64,000 nucleotides of DNA from positions 558,001 to 622,000 of the forward strand of contig MU006091.1 of assembly GCA_010093705.1 (NCBI GenBank). The letters run 5' to 3'. The position numbers were made by a program, and so were the translations under genes. This DNA comes from Patellaria atrata CBS 101060 (lineage: Eukaryota). Below, piece by piece: positions 13,086-26,073 of the stretch. The notes below the pieces were generated by a model. The model ran no database searches and was not told where the DNA came from. It worked only from the letters and a program-made list of their open reading frames with translations. The stretch's first letter is position 1, and every line of letters begins with the position of its first letter.

Positions 13086-14985
13086 GACACGAAGTGTTGT
13101 TATACGGCTGTATGTGCTATATTGTATAATTAGAAGTTGGATAGGGATCAAATGAACACAATTCTTGGATGGTACCTACTAGGACACATATATGAACCCT
13201 TCAGAATAGGAACGAACGTTGAGAATGGAGATGGCAACTTGAGACTCTAACCCACTCTGTATTACGGGTATGTAGACTAATGATAATACTATACTACAAC
13301 TGAGCGCGCTCTGTAATCTTCTCTTAAGCTCGTCCAATTTTCATTTTCGGTAATGCTCATAAGAAACGTAAGATATACGCTTGTATACAGGACTTGCAAC
13401 TTCCACAATTTCCCTCACTCAGATTCTAAAAGCACAAGGTAATAATTAGCTATTGAAACCTTACGATGAGTGAGGGCCGTGTTGTACGAGAGTTTCCGCG
13501 CATCGTAATAAACAATATGAGAAAACACAGAGTGCTTGAAAGCAAGGTAGAAGTACGCTTGATACTGTTTACCGCTCGGTTGTTTAAAATCTCTCTTGTA
13601 CGGTGTATCTTCAACAAAGGCTAGATACTCGTGCAATTTGATCTATGTGTCTGACGTTAATATGAAGCTTATACCGGAGATAATAACCGTCTACGGTCAC
13701 AACGATCAAATAAGTGAAACCGAACTCTATTTGATAACCAATGAAGTGGAGAATGACTCGACCAGCCATCGTGTAGCAAATGCTCTTCTCATATATCTGA
13801 GTTATCCGATTAGTTGAATCTAAGAAGAAAGGAAAGATTGGCACGGTTGTATATTCATGTTATGATAACTTCTGCATGGTGCGCCTTGCAGATTCGAGTT
13901 TTGAATGGTGGAGTGCCGGGGCCAGTGTAGGAGATTGATGGGACTTTACTATTCCATTGCAGCTGAACAGAAAATGATATGATTTTTGTTGCATTTGAGA
14001 ATGATCTCGAGAAAGTTGAAATATGTTAGCGTATTAAAGTCTGCTTGTCTATGTGCGACCGTGATCACTCTTAAAAACAGTAGAAGTTTTGTTACACGAA
14101 CAAGTACGAGATATCAAATATTCTATAGTTACGCTTAGAACTCCGTTCGGCCATGACGTTGAGAGTCTCCTGTATCCCCTATTTCTACTACTGTTGCAGG
14201 GCATTTAGCATTTCGCTCGAAAACTAAGAGAGGGGAAAGAACATTCTCAACATAAGAGTAACTAACTTAAGTAGTTCAACAACTTCTTTGCGTTTAGCGA
14301 ATCCAGTTCAAGGGGACCATCCTTTTGATACTCTGATGATTGCTGGATCCGTAATTCCTTGGATATCCAAAGCTGACCCGTAGTCAGTCGTGACAAATGG
14401 AGTTACCCCTCAGTACGTCGCAGAGAGCTTGTAAGTCAGCAGATCACTTACTTCAGTATCATGACGTTACTGAACTATACAGTATGCGAGAGAGGTTACC
14501 GCAGGTGTTGAATGTCAGAAGTCGCAAGTGACATATGGCCTACCGAGTAATGAACTGGACGGGAGCAAGTTTTCTGGACTTCAAAATTCACCCTGCTCTA
14601 TGCACTTTCTTGTCCTTCGGTGGTACTATATAAATTTTGAAGTAGCTTTGCGGGCCATCATAAGTAGTTCTATCGAAGGGTTCAGTTACTGCAGGCGAGC
14701 GTTAGCATGTAATAGAGTTCAATTATAATACGGAGATGCGACTTAGATGAAAAAAGAAGGCTCTGTATGTATATGCGTTATATGGTATGGAGGTAAAGTA
14801 CATCCAATGTAGGTAGGTACCTTAAGGTAGAGATACCGTACGGAGTACAGTAAAAGGAGCTTCTATGAACGGTTAAAGCTCGGATGAGTGTTTGTTGCTG
14901 TTACCCCTGCAATTAAATTGGGTAGCTCATACCATCATAAAATTCTAAAGAATTCCCATTATCAAATTGAAAGCGGATTGTAATA

Positions 14986-16247
14986 ATGAACCTATCAGCG
15001 CGGTGTCTACGTTCATTCGTGTTAAATAGTGCCCGCGCGATCTATCGAGCGCGTATCTCAGAGAGATCGTTCTCTGTGAGTGCCTTGAGCCCTAGGGAAG
15101 GTACTTATAAACTTACTTTCCGTATGAAGAAGTATACTCACAATTTCGCAGCAGTATTGCCTTATTTCGAAGAAAGCTCTTCCTCTGAGCTCAATGGGTT
15201 GCTGTCACGAGTTCGATCGAAAGTCCTCATCCCTCGACATCTCAACGCCGAACAAGAACGACTCGTCTACAAGCAGGCGAATGCAAGCCGTTTGGAAACC
15301 GACCCAGTTATCATTACAATCGGCGATGAAGATGTGCGGTTGGAGCATATCAATCGACTCCGCGACATCCCTAGTTATAAGAAAAGTTTGAAGGAGGCGC
15401 TAGATTTGTGCTCAACGCCGCAGGACTGGGAAAATGTAATTGAGCTGATTAAAGGTTATAAAAAGGCGCGCATCAAGCTTGGTCCTGATATGGTAGAGCG
15501 AATAGTCCGGAAATTCAACGTTGCAGGAATGCAACACTTGATGTTACAGCTCTTTAAACAGGTTGCAAAGACTGGATTCTCGTTGCAGCATCTTAACGTC
15601 TCGCAACTGGCATTACAAGGGTGCAGATATAAGGCTCAGGATTCTGATTGGAATATTGAGAAAACCGCCAAGGCTCTGGATTATGCTGAAGAGATCATTG
15701 AGTTATTGGAGCATCCACTGCATGGTGGTGGAACACCGGTACTTTCAAAGGATGACTCTCGAGCCCAGCCAGTCACCATAGGTGCCGTGTTAGAGATTGC
15801 TTCCCTCAAGGCAGATAGAACATTGAACGGCAAAGATACCGATGGCAAGGTAAAGATGTACACTGAAAGACTAGTACAGTCAATCCGACATCATGCCCTG
15901 CCTGATGTAAGGCTACCACTCACAGTCTATTATAATGTTTGCTAACGTAGCCTAAGTTTGCGGATTTGGATACGAAGCCTGGACAAGCCCGATCCCCTGG
16001 TTTCCATAATATGCAAATTTTGAGCCACTGGATCTGTGTCTGGCACGGCTTAAAGTTAGCGAGGAAAGTGTTAGGGCCTGACATGCCTGGAAATACGGCA
16101 GAAGTAACCCAGTACGTTGACGACCTTAAGGTTAGAATCGATAAAGGAGTAAAGAGTTTGCAACGCCATAGCAAAAAGGGTGAGGATACCTGGCTTTCTA
16201 GGAGATGGAACACAGCACTTAGCGATATTGATGCATCTGAAAGTTGA
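14986..16247 (+). CDS. Conserved fungal hypothetical protein, probably mitochondrial
   Basis: Arg/Ser-rich presequence-like N-terminus. In-frame intron at about 15101-15151 and a second intron at about 15907-15950. Long helical ORF ending in TGA at 16247. Confidence 0.7.
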
Positions 16248-16963
16248 CTCCGCTCTAATACGGATAATAGAGCCTTGTATTATTACACTGTAAATACTAG
16301 GGAGTCTGTTGCGGTTACGATATAGGAAAGTCTGAAGTATGGTGGAGTAATGCCGGAAGCATCTATTAGTGTTGATATCGGAAGATACTTCGCTAGTCAG
16401 GCACAAGTACCACGAAGGGTTTTAGAATTGTGATTACTAGCGGTACCGTATGTCTCCCTAAGTGACATATGCATGTGATTCGGACTACAGTCATGCCTAA
16501 TGTTGATGATAGCAAAGTTGGAAGAATTGGGTGTTAAGTGATGAGAAATCGCTTGAAAAGAACTATTCTGGCTAAAATAATTCGGTATAGATGAAGGGTT
16601 TGCTTTGATGTACGTTGAAAGGAAAGCTGTAGTTGAAAGATCGGCCCCAGAAGAAGACCATAGTCAATATGGTTGGCTGAGGTTTTGCATGTGACAGCGC
16701 TTTGAGAACAAGCAATGCCCATCCCCCCAGTCATCTCCCACATATTCCGCTCTCCTCCTCAAACCTACAACGAATCTCACCCGCTTACTCCCACTGAAGG
16801 AAAAAGGACTTGATTGTACGATATCGTTTGCGCGCGAGAATTTTCCTATTGTGATTGCTTTTTACTGTACCTGTGCCAATGTAGAATCGCCTTTTGATCG
16901 CCTCCTGTCGCAACTTGAACGTCACGAGAATCTCGTTTTAGCCGGACCGCCTCATACATCCTC

Positions 16964-18758
16964 ATGTCTCTACAGCAAGAACTTCCACCGGCGTATACGT
17001 CGCATGATCCCGCCTCTCTCGATCTTCCGTCTGTGCCGCGTCAAGAGGTACCATCTGCAAATACTTCTATACATTTGCCCGACCTTCGATCACTCGGATT
17101 GCCGCAATCAACAAGACCTCGGGGACAGTCGAGCACGTCGGACCAGGGTCATAATGGTTTCTCGTTGCAACCCAGGATGGATTCGCAACAATGGAGCCCA
17201 GCGTCATCACTCCACCATAACAGCTTCCCCAAAGTTCCAGCTACGGCCTTGAGGCATCCTTCTGATGCAGAGGTGACGAGTCCCAGTACAATAGATGCCG
17301 AGAGCGTCATCAGCAATGACGAGATCAACCTTAGGGCCGCCAGTGTTGTGTCAATGGACGACCCCGATGTAAGAATGGCTGCTGAAGCATTGTCTGGTCT
17401 AGGAAATCCGGGTATGTTAAGACTCGCATAACTACTAGGTCGCATCGCTGACCAATGAAGACTTTATACGGTCTCCCTCTGCTCATAGTACGACACTTCC
17501 GCTTCATTCCCGCATGAGCTCAGCTTCCGTCCGCGATAGACAAATGCAAGAACCGGAACCCCTTCTGCAACTTCTTACCTCAAGTCACCCATGGCTCGGT
17601 GGAACAATAAACGGCTCTTTATCTGCATATTCATCTACCAAGTCATACTCTCCACGGTTCATACAATACGGTGCCGAATTCGTAGAGCGTAATATTGGGT
17701 CACCGGTAGCAAATACTGTGGGAGCTGTCGGGCGGCGGACGGGCGTTGAAGGTGGCCTAAGACGATACTTAGGATCACGTAGACGAAGTGATATGGAGCG
17801 AAGCGAAGGTGAGAATTTGGAGGACCAAGCACACGGTAATAAGAGACGACGCGTTTTTGCGACTGACAGCGACCCTATGGATATCGAAAAAGGTCTTCAG
17901 ACTCCCCCATCCAGGGGCCGATCACGGGGTGATTCCCAGATATCTATGGAATCTTTGCCAGCGTATGATGATCAACGATCACCAAAATATGAAGAACACG
18001 CCATAACAATTTCATCGACAGAAGCGAGCGAAGGAGCTCGAGCCGTCCATAGCTGGCCTACACAATTGATGATTACGACATCTGGTCTGGGAGCTGCGTT
18101 AAACGATGGTTCACTCAGAAGTCTGAAGTATTGTCTCAAGATTTTAAGGAGCGCCACTACCCATATTACTGAGCTGATGCATGCTCTGCGATTAGTATTA
18201 GATGATTGGGAGCGTACGACTAGACCTAGTCATGCAGATCAAGAACAATCGGACTCTACATCAAAGGGACCGCCATGTTACCAATTGTCTGCAGAGCAGG
18301 AAGAACACGCTCGGATTATAGCTGAACGGATGAAGACACTTAGTGACGACATTTGGACTACTATCAAGGCAGTTGTGAACTCGGTTTCGCGTTATACTGG
18401 CGGTGCGCTCCCGGAAAACGCTGGAGATCTTGTTAGGAGGCAATTGATGTCTGTTCCAAATCGATGGCGTGTAGCGTCGGCTTCCACCGCGGCGACGGAA
18501 TCATCAGATTCACCAGAAACGGTTGGACGAGCACATAAGACTCTCGCTTTCGCCAAAGAGGGTCTTGACATGATTTCTCAGGTTAGCCTAGTGGTTGATG
18601 GAACGATCGTTAAGGCCGAGCAATGGCTCGATAGTCTAGGGAAAAGGCGTGGGGAACAACAAGCTATAGAAGCTCAAGATAAGAAGAGGGAAGGCCTAAA
18701 GTTGGCCCCAATCGCCAACCTAGGGCCTGATATCAAAAATGAGAAGACCGGCTCCTGA
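16964..18758 (+). CDS. opi1: Opi1-family transcriptional repressor (clock-controlled gene 8-like)
   Basis: DPDVRMAAEALSGL, SLRSLKYCLKILR and VSRYTGGALPENA motifs. One intron at about 17412-17460. Confidence 0.85.
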
Positions 18759-20037
18759 AATCAGACTTACCGGACGAGGGTCAGTCTCGCCGCTACGTGT
18801 ATTGCGTATGTTATGTGTCCCGAAGGTCGATCTAGGTCTTCTTTATCTAAATGAAGACGTACTCTTGCCCTCCACGGTCTAAAGCAAAAGTTCTCGGAGC
18901 AGGCAAAGACTGGAAAGGCTTGTGGACGCCTAATCAACTGGCAGGGGACTTCGCCCATGCAGGGCAAGTTCTACTAGACGGATTAAAGTCTAAGGAAGCA
19001 ATTCTACTCGGAATACGCCGTTATAGATCACGTATCAAATCCCCCCCGCTGTACATACTTGGGTTTGATTAGCTGAAAAGTCCTATGGAGGCCAACCACT
19101 TTCATGTCAATGTCTGTTGTATACCTTCTATTTTGATGTCATTTGCGTTATACTCCTCTCTTATTCGTACAGACCCTCCACTTCATGGGTGTTTAGGCCG
19201 TTTACAGTCGTTGTGGGGTGCCTCGATAACCCAAAAGATATTTGAAGCGTCAGTCAATTCCGTTCGACGACCGTTATTTTGTAGGTTTTGCAGGATAGTT
19301 AGTGCAGTCTGTATACAAAAGCTCGTTTATCTCTTGAATCACTACTCATAAGAATCACGGCATCAGCGTAATGACGGATAGGTCTTAAATGCAAAGTCTA
19401 ATGGCGGTTCAACTTCCTTAATCGGTGTGGATTGCATGAAAGTTTACTGTTTGGGGTAAGATATTTCTATTCGTCGGCCGCACCATGACTATGTATCTTC
19501 GACGGATACATGGAACTGATGCCCCTTGAGGAAGATTTTTCTCTTTCGTCGAACGTAGAGGCTCTTTGTGGTAAGCAAAACCATGGATCATAGGAGCGGC
19601 TGAGAGACCGCTTGAATTAGTGATTTGTAGTATAATAGCACAAGGACCTTTTAACCCAGTATTCAAATGCGCATGACCCTATAAGTATTGTAGCAAGAGA
19701 ATACTTTCAAATAATCTTATCATCAGACACTGCGTATCAGAGAATCCGTGTGGATACTTTCAAAGAGAGTACGGAGCAATTATGCACAAGTGCAAACAGG
19801 CTAAACAAAGGAGTATCACGTGCCGCGAGGTCGCAACGGAACTATGATAGAGATGTCCCTTCAGATGAAGTGATATATGACCGTTATAGCTCTCGTTCAC
19901 GGCAAACTAAACAGCTCAAAGAGCACTTCTAATTGCGACTCTTGCAATGAGACTCCCTTATTAGACCTACAACTTCCTCTGAGTTCCTCAATCCACATGC
20001 CTTCCGCCTTGTTCGAACCTCCAATATCTTTGGAAAC

Positions 20038-23000
20038 ATGTCTTCGCCCTCCCTACGTAAATCACTGGAGAACAACGAGTCGCCATCCTCCAATTCTTCA
20101 AGGAACCAATATCCATTCCCACAGCAACCGGAATGGCCGCCAAAGCCAACCGCAGGTGGGACATGGCAGGGCCGGCGAGGTTCGACAGCGAGTTCAATCA
20201 GCTCCATCGGAGGAAGTTTGGATACCTCGTTCCATAGTAGACCTAGCACGGTAACAGAATCCGGGCAAAATGGTAAGATAAGGGGATTCTCAAATCCTTG
20301 GTGAGGTAGATTTAATGCTGAGAGCCATAGCAATATCAACATTACTTCAACCACCTATAGTCCGCACCGGCTTAATACCACACACATCAGTACCCGCGTC
20401 GTCTGCGCATAAACCACCTTCGACGAAGGATATACCATCCGTAATTCTCACGAACATCCCTCACGTTGAGCTTGCGGCTTTTCGTCCGTATTTAACGCAA
20501 GTCAAATCCCTATATGATGCCTTCCAAAGTGCAAAAGCAGAATCAGATGGAACCTCTTCACGTTCATTTGGCAAGGATACAAAGAAGAAAGAAGAGTTTG
20601 GGAACATCTTAGAGCGCGGTTTAAGAGTCCCCGGAACTCCTGAGGTCCCTTCTCCACCAGATTCTCCAAAACCTCCGCGCCGGCGCTCGAGTGGCGGTGT
20701 TCAAAAGAAAGGTCCTAATGCTATCACTCCCCTCTCTACAATTCCTGAAGTCTATTTTGAGGAGAATTTCCGACTCGAGAATCCTAGAACCTTCGATATT
20801 GTCAGCGAGAGATCAGAGGTCGTCCGACCCCAAGTGACATCAAGAATAAACGACGATCCGAAATCTCTAAATGGCTCGGCCGTCCATGCACAGGCAACTG
20901 GAAGAAAAGCGCTAGCTACGAATGCCATTCTGCAAGAGAAACTGTCGTGGTACATGGATACCGTAGAGGTCCATCTAATCTCTTCAATATCAACGGCATC
21001 CACTTCTTTCTTTGCCGCACTGGGATCACTACGGGAGCTACAGTCAGAAGCTGCGGAATCGGTTCAAAAGATAAAAGCTTTACGCACCGACCTGACAAGA
21101 TTAGACAATGAGATGGCTGTTGGTGGTCTTAAAGTTATAAGCATGAAAAGACGCCGGGAAAACCTTCGAAAACTCAATGAATCTACCCAACAACTACGTA
21201 GTATTGTCGATGGCGTATCACATTGCGAAGAGCTTCTCGATAGCGGTGATATTGAGACATCTATCGACCGAATGGATGTAGTGGAGAGACTCATGGCTGG
21301 AAATCTGGATACCTTCGATCGAAATAATTCAGACTGGCTTCCTCCGAATCTACCCCCGCGGCTCATAGACTTGCGTCGGCTGAAAGTACTCGACGCTGTT
21401 TTGAACGCGATAATGCAGATGAAATTTCGCGCCGGTAAAGGGTTTGAGAGTCGCTTTCTGGAAGCCTTACTACAAGACATCCGCAGCCACGTTCAAACTG
21501 TACCTCCACAGGAGACTCTGCAACGCTGGGGATCTGCAGCGCAAAGAGCGCGAGGAGAGCATAATAGGATGCAGTCTACCTTTCCCGCTTATATGAAAAC
21601 TAACCACCAGCTCAGAATTGACCTCAAATCAATACTGAATGGTTTGAGTCGATCTAACCATACTGGACCTGCTACAGCCGCTTTCAGAGATGCTGTCATG
21701 CGAGAGATCAAGAATTTGATACGCGAGCATCTTCCTAGTTCGAGTGAGGATGATGCCGAGTCGGTGAACTCGGTATCAACACGAGGTGGACGCCAATTAT
21801 CGAATCAGGACAGATCATCTATTCTAGCACGAAATCTGCGAGCCCTTGACCCAGAAACAGCCGAAGAGCTCTATACTAGAATCTACACTGGGGTTGGCGA
21901 AGCCCTCAGGAGATTAAGCGTCCAAATCAAAGTACTGCTCGACGTTACTAGTGGTGTCACAACTCCACCTCCTTCAGGTGGATTACGATCCCCACCAAAG
22001 AGTCCAAATTTCACTGCTATGGATGGTTACTTAGGTAAACCTTTAAATACAAAACCCGACATGAACCTTCAAGAAGAATTGCTACAAGCCCTGGATATGT
22101 CCAGTTTGCTCGGCCAAGCAGTTGACGTTGCCCACACTCAGATCACCAAAATTCTACGAGTACGGGCGGAGCAGACTGTTCGACTACCATTGCAGCGCTT
22201 TCTCCGCTACTTCGTCTTGAATAGATCATTCGCCGATGAATGCGAAGCTATCTCGGGTCGTTCTGGTGCAGGTTTAAAAGGGGTGGTCCAAAATCAGATC
22301 ACTGAATATGTGTCCTTATTCGGTGAACTTGAGAAGCAAAGACTACTACAACGAATGGAATCTGACCGATGGGAAGCTCAAGATTTTGGTGACGAGGAAG
22401 ACAAAATACTCTCACGGGTATTGCAAGGCATGTCCAGCGATCCAGTAGCGTGGCTGAACAGTACCAGGATTTGGGAAGACGCACAACCCGAGGGCCTCAA
22501 TGGTATAAATGGCACCCAAACCAACAGCGTCTCAAAAGATAAGGTTGTGAGAAATGCAATAATCGATGAGGAGAAATTCATCCTTGTCAACTGTGCTATA
22601 GCAGCCTTAAAGGGGATCGATAGGTTGGAAAACCTTATCACTGGCATACCCAGTATGACTGCAGATATCGCTTCCGCACTTCTAGACTATCTGAAACTAT
22701 TCAATTCTCGATCCTGTCAACTCATCCTTGGCGCTGGCGCAACAAAGAGCGAAGCTGGTTTGAAGAATATCAACACGAAACATTTAGCATTGGCATCACA
22801 AGCTCTAAGCTTTATGATCGCGTTGATTCCATACATTAGGGAGTTCGCCAGGCGGCGCCTCCCCCCTTCCAGTCCTGCATTGGGGGAATTTGAAAAGGTC
22901 AAACGTTTGTATTATGATCATCAATCCAGCATTCATGATAAGCTTGTTGATATCATGAGCACCCGCGCGACAGCTCACATCAAAGTGATGAGGACCAAGA

Positions 23001-23433
23001 ACTTCGATGTTGATATTGAAGAGCAGACAAGCCCGCACATGGAGACACTTGCAAGAGAAACGAGTACACTGTATCGGGTTCTCAGCAAGCATCTCCCTGA
23101 ACTGGCTATCAGCATGATTTTGGGTCCGGTGTTTGCCAGCTACAAGGAGCAATGGGGGAAGGCGTTCACGGACGCCTCGGTGAAAACAGAAGCTGGCAAA
23201 GCAAGGTATATGTCAAGAAGATTATGCTTACGTTGGTTATATATCCTAATGAACTGCATAGGTTGCTGAGAGACGCCGAGCTCTTCGATTCCAAACTCAG
23301 CAAAATCGACGGCTCTAACGGTATCGGCACATACATAATAGATATCGTCAAAGCAAAATCTGTCGAGAGTCCACCTCCCATTACCGAGACGCAGTCTAAC
23401 GATCCACCAGCCGGCGTTGACGCTCCACAGTGA
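20038..23433 (+). CDS. VPS54: GARP complex subunit Vps54
   Basis: LQEKLSWYMDTVEVHL, FNSRSCQLILGAGA and GLKNINTKHLALASQAL motifs. Introns at about 20272-20330 and 23206-23261. Confidence 0.93.
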
Positions 23434-23880
23434 TCATCCTTTTGCGTTCACTCTTGTATTACTGGATACCTTTTCTCTTTGTTTGTCTTAAAGACGCCTT
23501 GTGTACTGTAATATATCTCGTGGTGTCATCTGTAGCGGTTATCTTGCATGGGAACCGGCGCGGGCTTACGAGATTTTGGCGTTGGTTTGACATGAACAGG
23601 CATCTGAGCCTCAGTGGTTAGTATAGAGATTTCATCGCGTTATTGCTATGTAAGTTGAGAATAGATGCTGCATTTCATGGTTTCTCCAGAGACCCAGTGT
23701 ACTCTAAATGACAATATTCTCCAACACTTGATTTGAACCATGGTGTCTTAATATCAATTCCAACTTATCTAGATTCCTGCTCACCTAATATCAATTACGT
23801 CAAAGATTATATCCTTGACATTATAGTAACTAAGAATACCGCAACACAGGGGTGATGGAAGTTGCTTCCCGCTGTATAAT

Positions 23881-23952
23881 CTAACTATGCTGTACAATCT
23901 AGTCACCTTGTACGGTCTAGTCATCCTATACGGTTTGGTCATCGTATACATG
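23881..23952. repeat. Decayed 18-bp tandem repeat (four units)
   Basis: ctaactatgctgtacaat / ctagtcaccttgtacggt / ctagtcatcctatacggt / ttggtcatcgtatacatg. Confidence 0.6.
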
Positions 23953-24413
23953 CATGACTGAACTGTACATAAAACTTCATTGTATAGTCACCTGTTCCTA
24001 CTCGACTTGACATCCAACGTGTGGACTCACCCGTCAGATCTGACTCTGTTGTACGAACTACACCGTGATCTAATGCAAATCATATTATCTGACAGGAAAC
24101 GCTACAGCAGCCTAAGAGCGTATGAAATGGATATGGTAAGGTGCGATGATGGGGGTAGGATATGTAGAAGATACGATAGGTGCTCAAAATATATATATAT
24201 GCAATTAGTTGTCATTCATGATCGCTTCGTCGATATAATACACAGAACCCACACAAAATATATAAACTCGCGGTGATATTCTAATACCAACCTCATGCCA
24301 ACCCGAACGCCGTAACATGTACCTCGGCATTACCGTTTCCGCTGAAATATATCATCTACAGATATTATACACGGAAAATGATTTATACTACTTAAAGCTT
24401 GGTTCATTATCTT

Positions 24414-25777
24414 TTAGCCCATACCAACGTACTTGAACCAGTTTGGTCTGCAATCCTCTTTATACAAAAACTGTTCACCGTCTGTGAGACGACCGGTAAC
24501 GCAGCCCTTGCATTTGGGGGAATTAGGGCAGTTGAAGAATGGGATATGTTGGTATCCGATATCTCGGAACCTGGAATTAGATCAGCATCAATATCATAGA
24601 GTAGACAACGCTGCAAGAAGAGTTCAGGTAACGTACCAGTGTATCTTGCTCGCATCTTCAAACAGGCCAAGCGCAATAGAATGCACAGGCGCATCACCCC
24701 ACCTCTCATAGAAAAACCCACCCGCGCGATCCAAATGGTTGAAATAGTCCTCATACTTCTTGCTGCGCCAGAACTCCATATCGCCAATCTCGAAGTTTGA
24801 CCAGAAATGGCAGGTTGAAAAGCCATTGGCTTTGATATTATGTTCAGGCCTTCGTAAACTATCCTTAACCCACTCGATTGCGCTGTTTGGATGCACATAG
24901 TCCTTGTGCTGCGCCAAAAATGCCTCGGTCTCGGGCCACAGCGTTGTCACGGACTCGGGGGAATCGTATAGGTTGATTGTGAAGCCGTAGGTCTTATTGT
25001 GATCATGCATGTAGCGAAAGACATCGTAATCGACGTCGCAGAAGAAGTGCACCTTGGGTTCCACGCGCCAATAATACCGTGTATGCTGGAGGGCGGGGTG
25101 CTTGTAGAAAAGGCCAGAGTTCCAGCGGCACATTTGATGGTAGGAGAGCTTGTCGGAGTACTGGACACCGAGGTCTTTGAGGACATCGGTCGATTCGCGG
25201 TAGAGGTCATCGTTGATCCAGGTAGGCACATCCCAGTGTTCCTTGGGAACAATTTCTGAGAGGGAGGGTTAGAAGGGGTATGCTAGGGGGGGGGTTATAT
25301 GCAGGCGTACCGAAGTTCACGGCTGCTTGGGTCTCGGCTTTGATACGTCGCTTGAATTCCTCCGTGAAGGGAACGTCGTTGATAAACGTCCAGGGATAGT
25401 TGAACTTCTTATTCCATGTTCTTTCTAAGTCTCTCATCGACTGTAACATCTGATCGAGCTCCTCATTACGCACAAGGGAAAGGAGAGTAGCATTTATGCG
25501 ATCACTATTTGGATTGTCGGGGGCGTAGTTGTCTCCTACGACTCTTCGAAGGGGTTCCGGGGGTTCTCCAGTCGCTTCACAGACTAGTTAACGCAAAATC
25601 ATTCCAAAGGGAGGTCGTGTGCCTACGATCTAAATTGGGATCCTTTTCCATATGCTCCAGCTTCCCCGTATTTGGTAGTTGGATGGTTACCGGAGCCTTG
25701 AAGATCTGTAGGGTCAACCAAAAGAACAGGCCCAAAGTCAGTGCCGCCAAAAGGCGCATACTCGGAGGTAAAGCCAT
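24414..25777 (-). CDS. GT15 alpha-1,2-mannosyltransferase (KRE2/KTR family)
   Basis: N-terminal TM anchor. SYHQMCRWNSG, YYWRVEP, CHFWSNFEI and GGFFYERWGDAPVHS motifs. Last exon WFRDIGYQH...YVGMG ends at 24414. Confidence 0.93.
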
Positions 25778-26073
25778 GGTGATGTGTTATACAGAGAAAG
25801 GAAAGAAGAGATCCGCGACTGATTGCTTGCCCCCGTGCAAGGATACGCTACTGTGCCAACAGGTTGGATGCAAATATCTGGAAGTTTGCATTGTTTGCAA
25901 CGTTTGACGAAAACCACTTTACGCGAAAATTCACGGTCGCGTCCTCCTCTCCCGCCCGCATTATTGCCTCCAGTAACTCCCTCCTTACCATCTGCCTATG
26001 AAAATCACTCCTATTTAACAGCACCAGATTTATTAAATTTCTAGTCCGTGATAAAACAGGGGTCTTAATCGCA

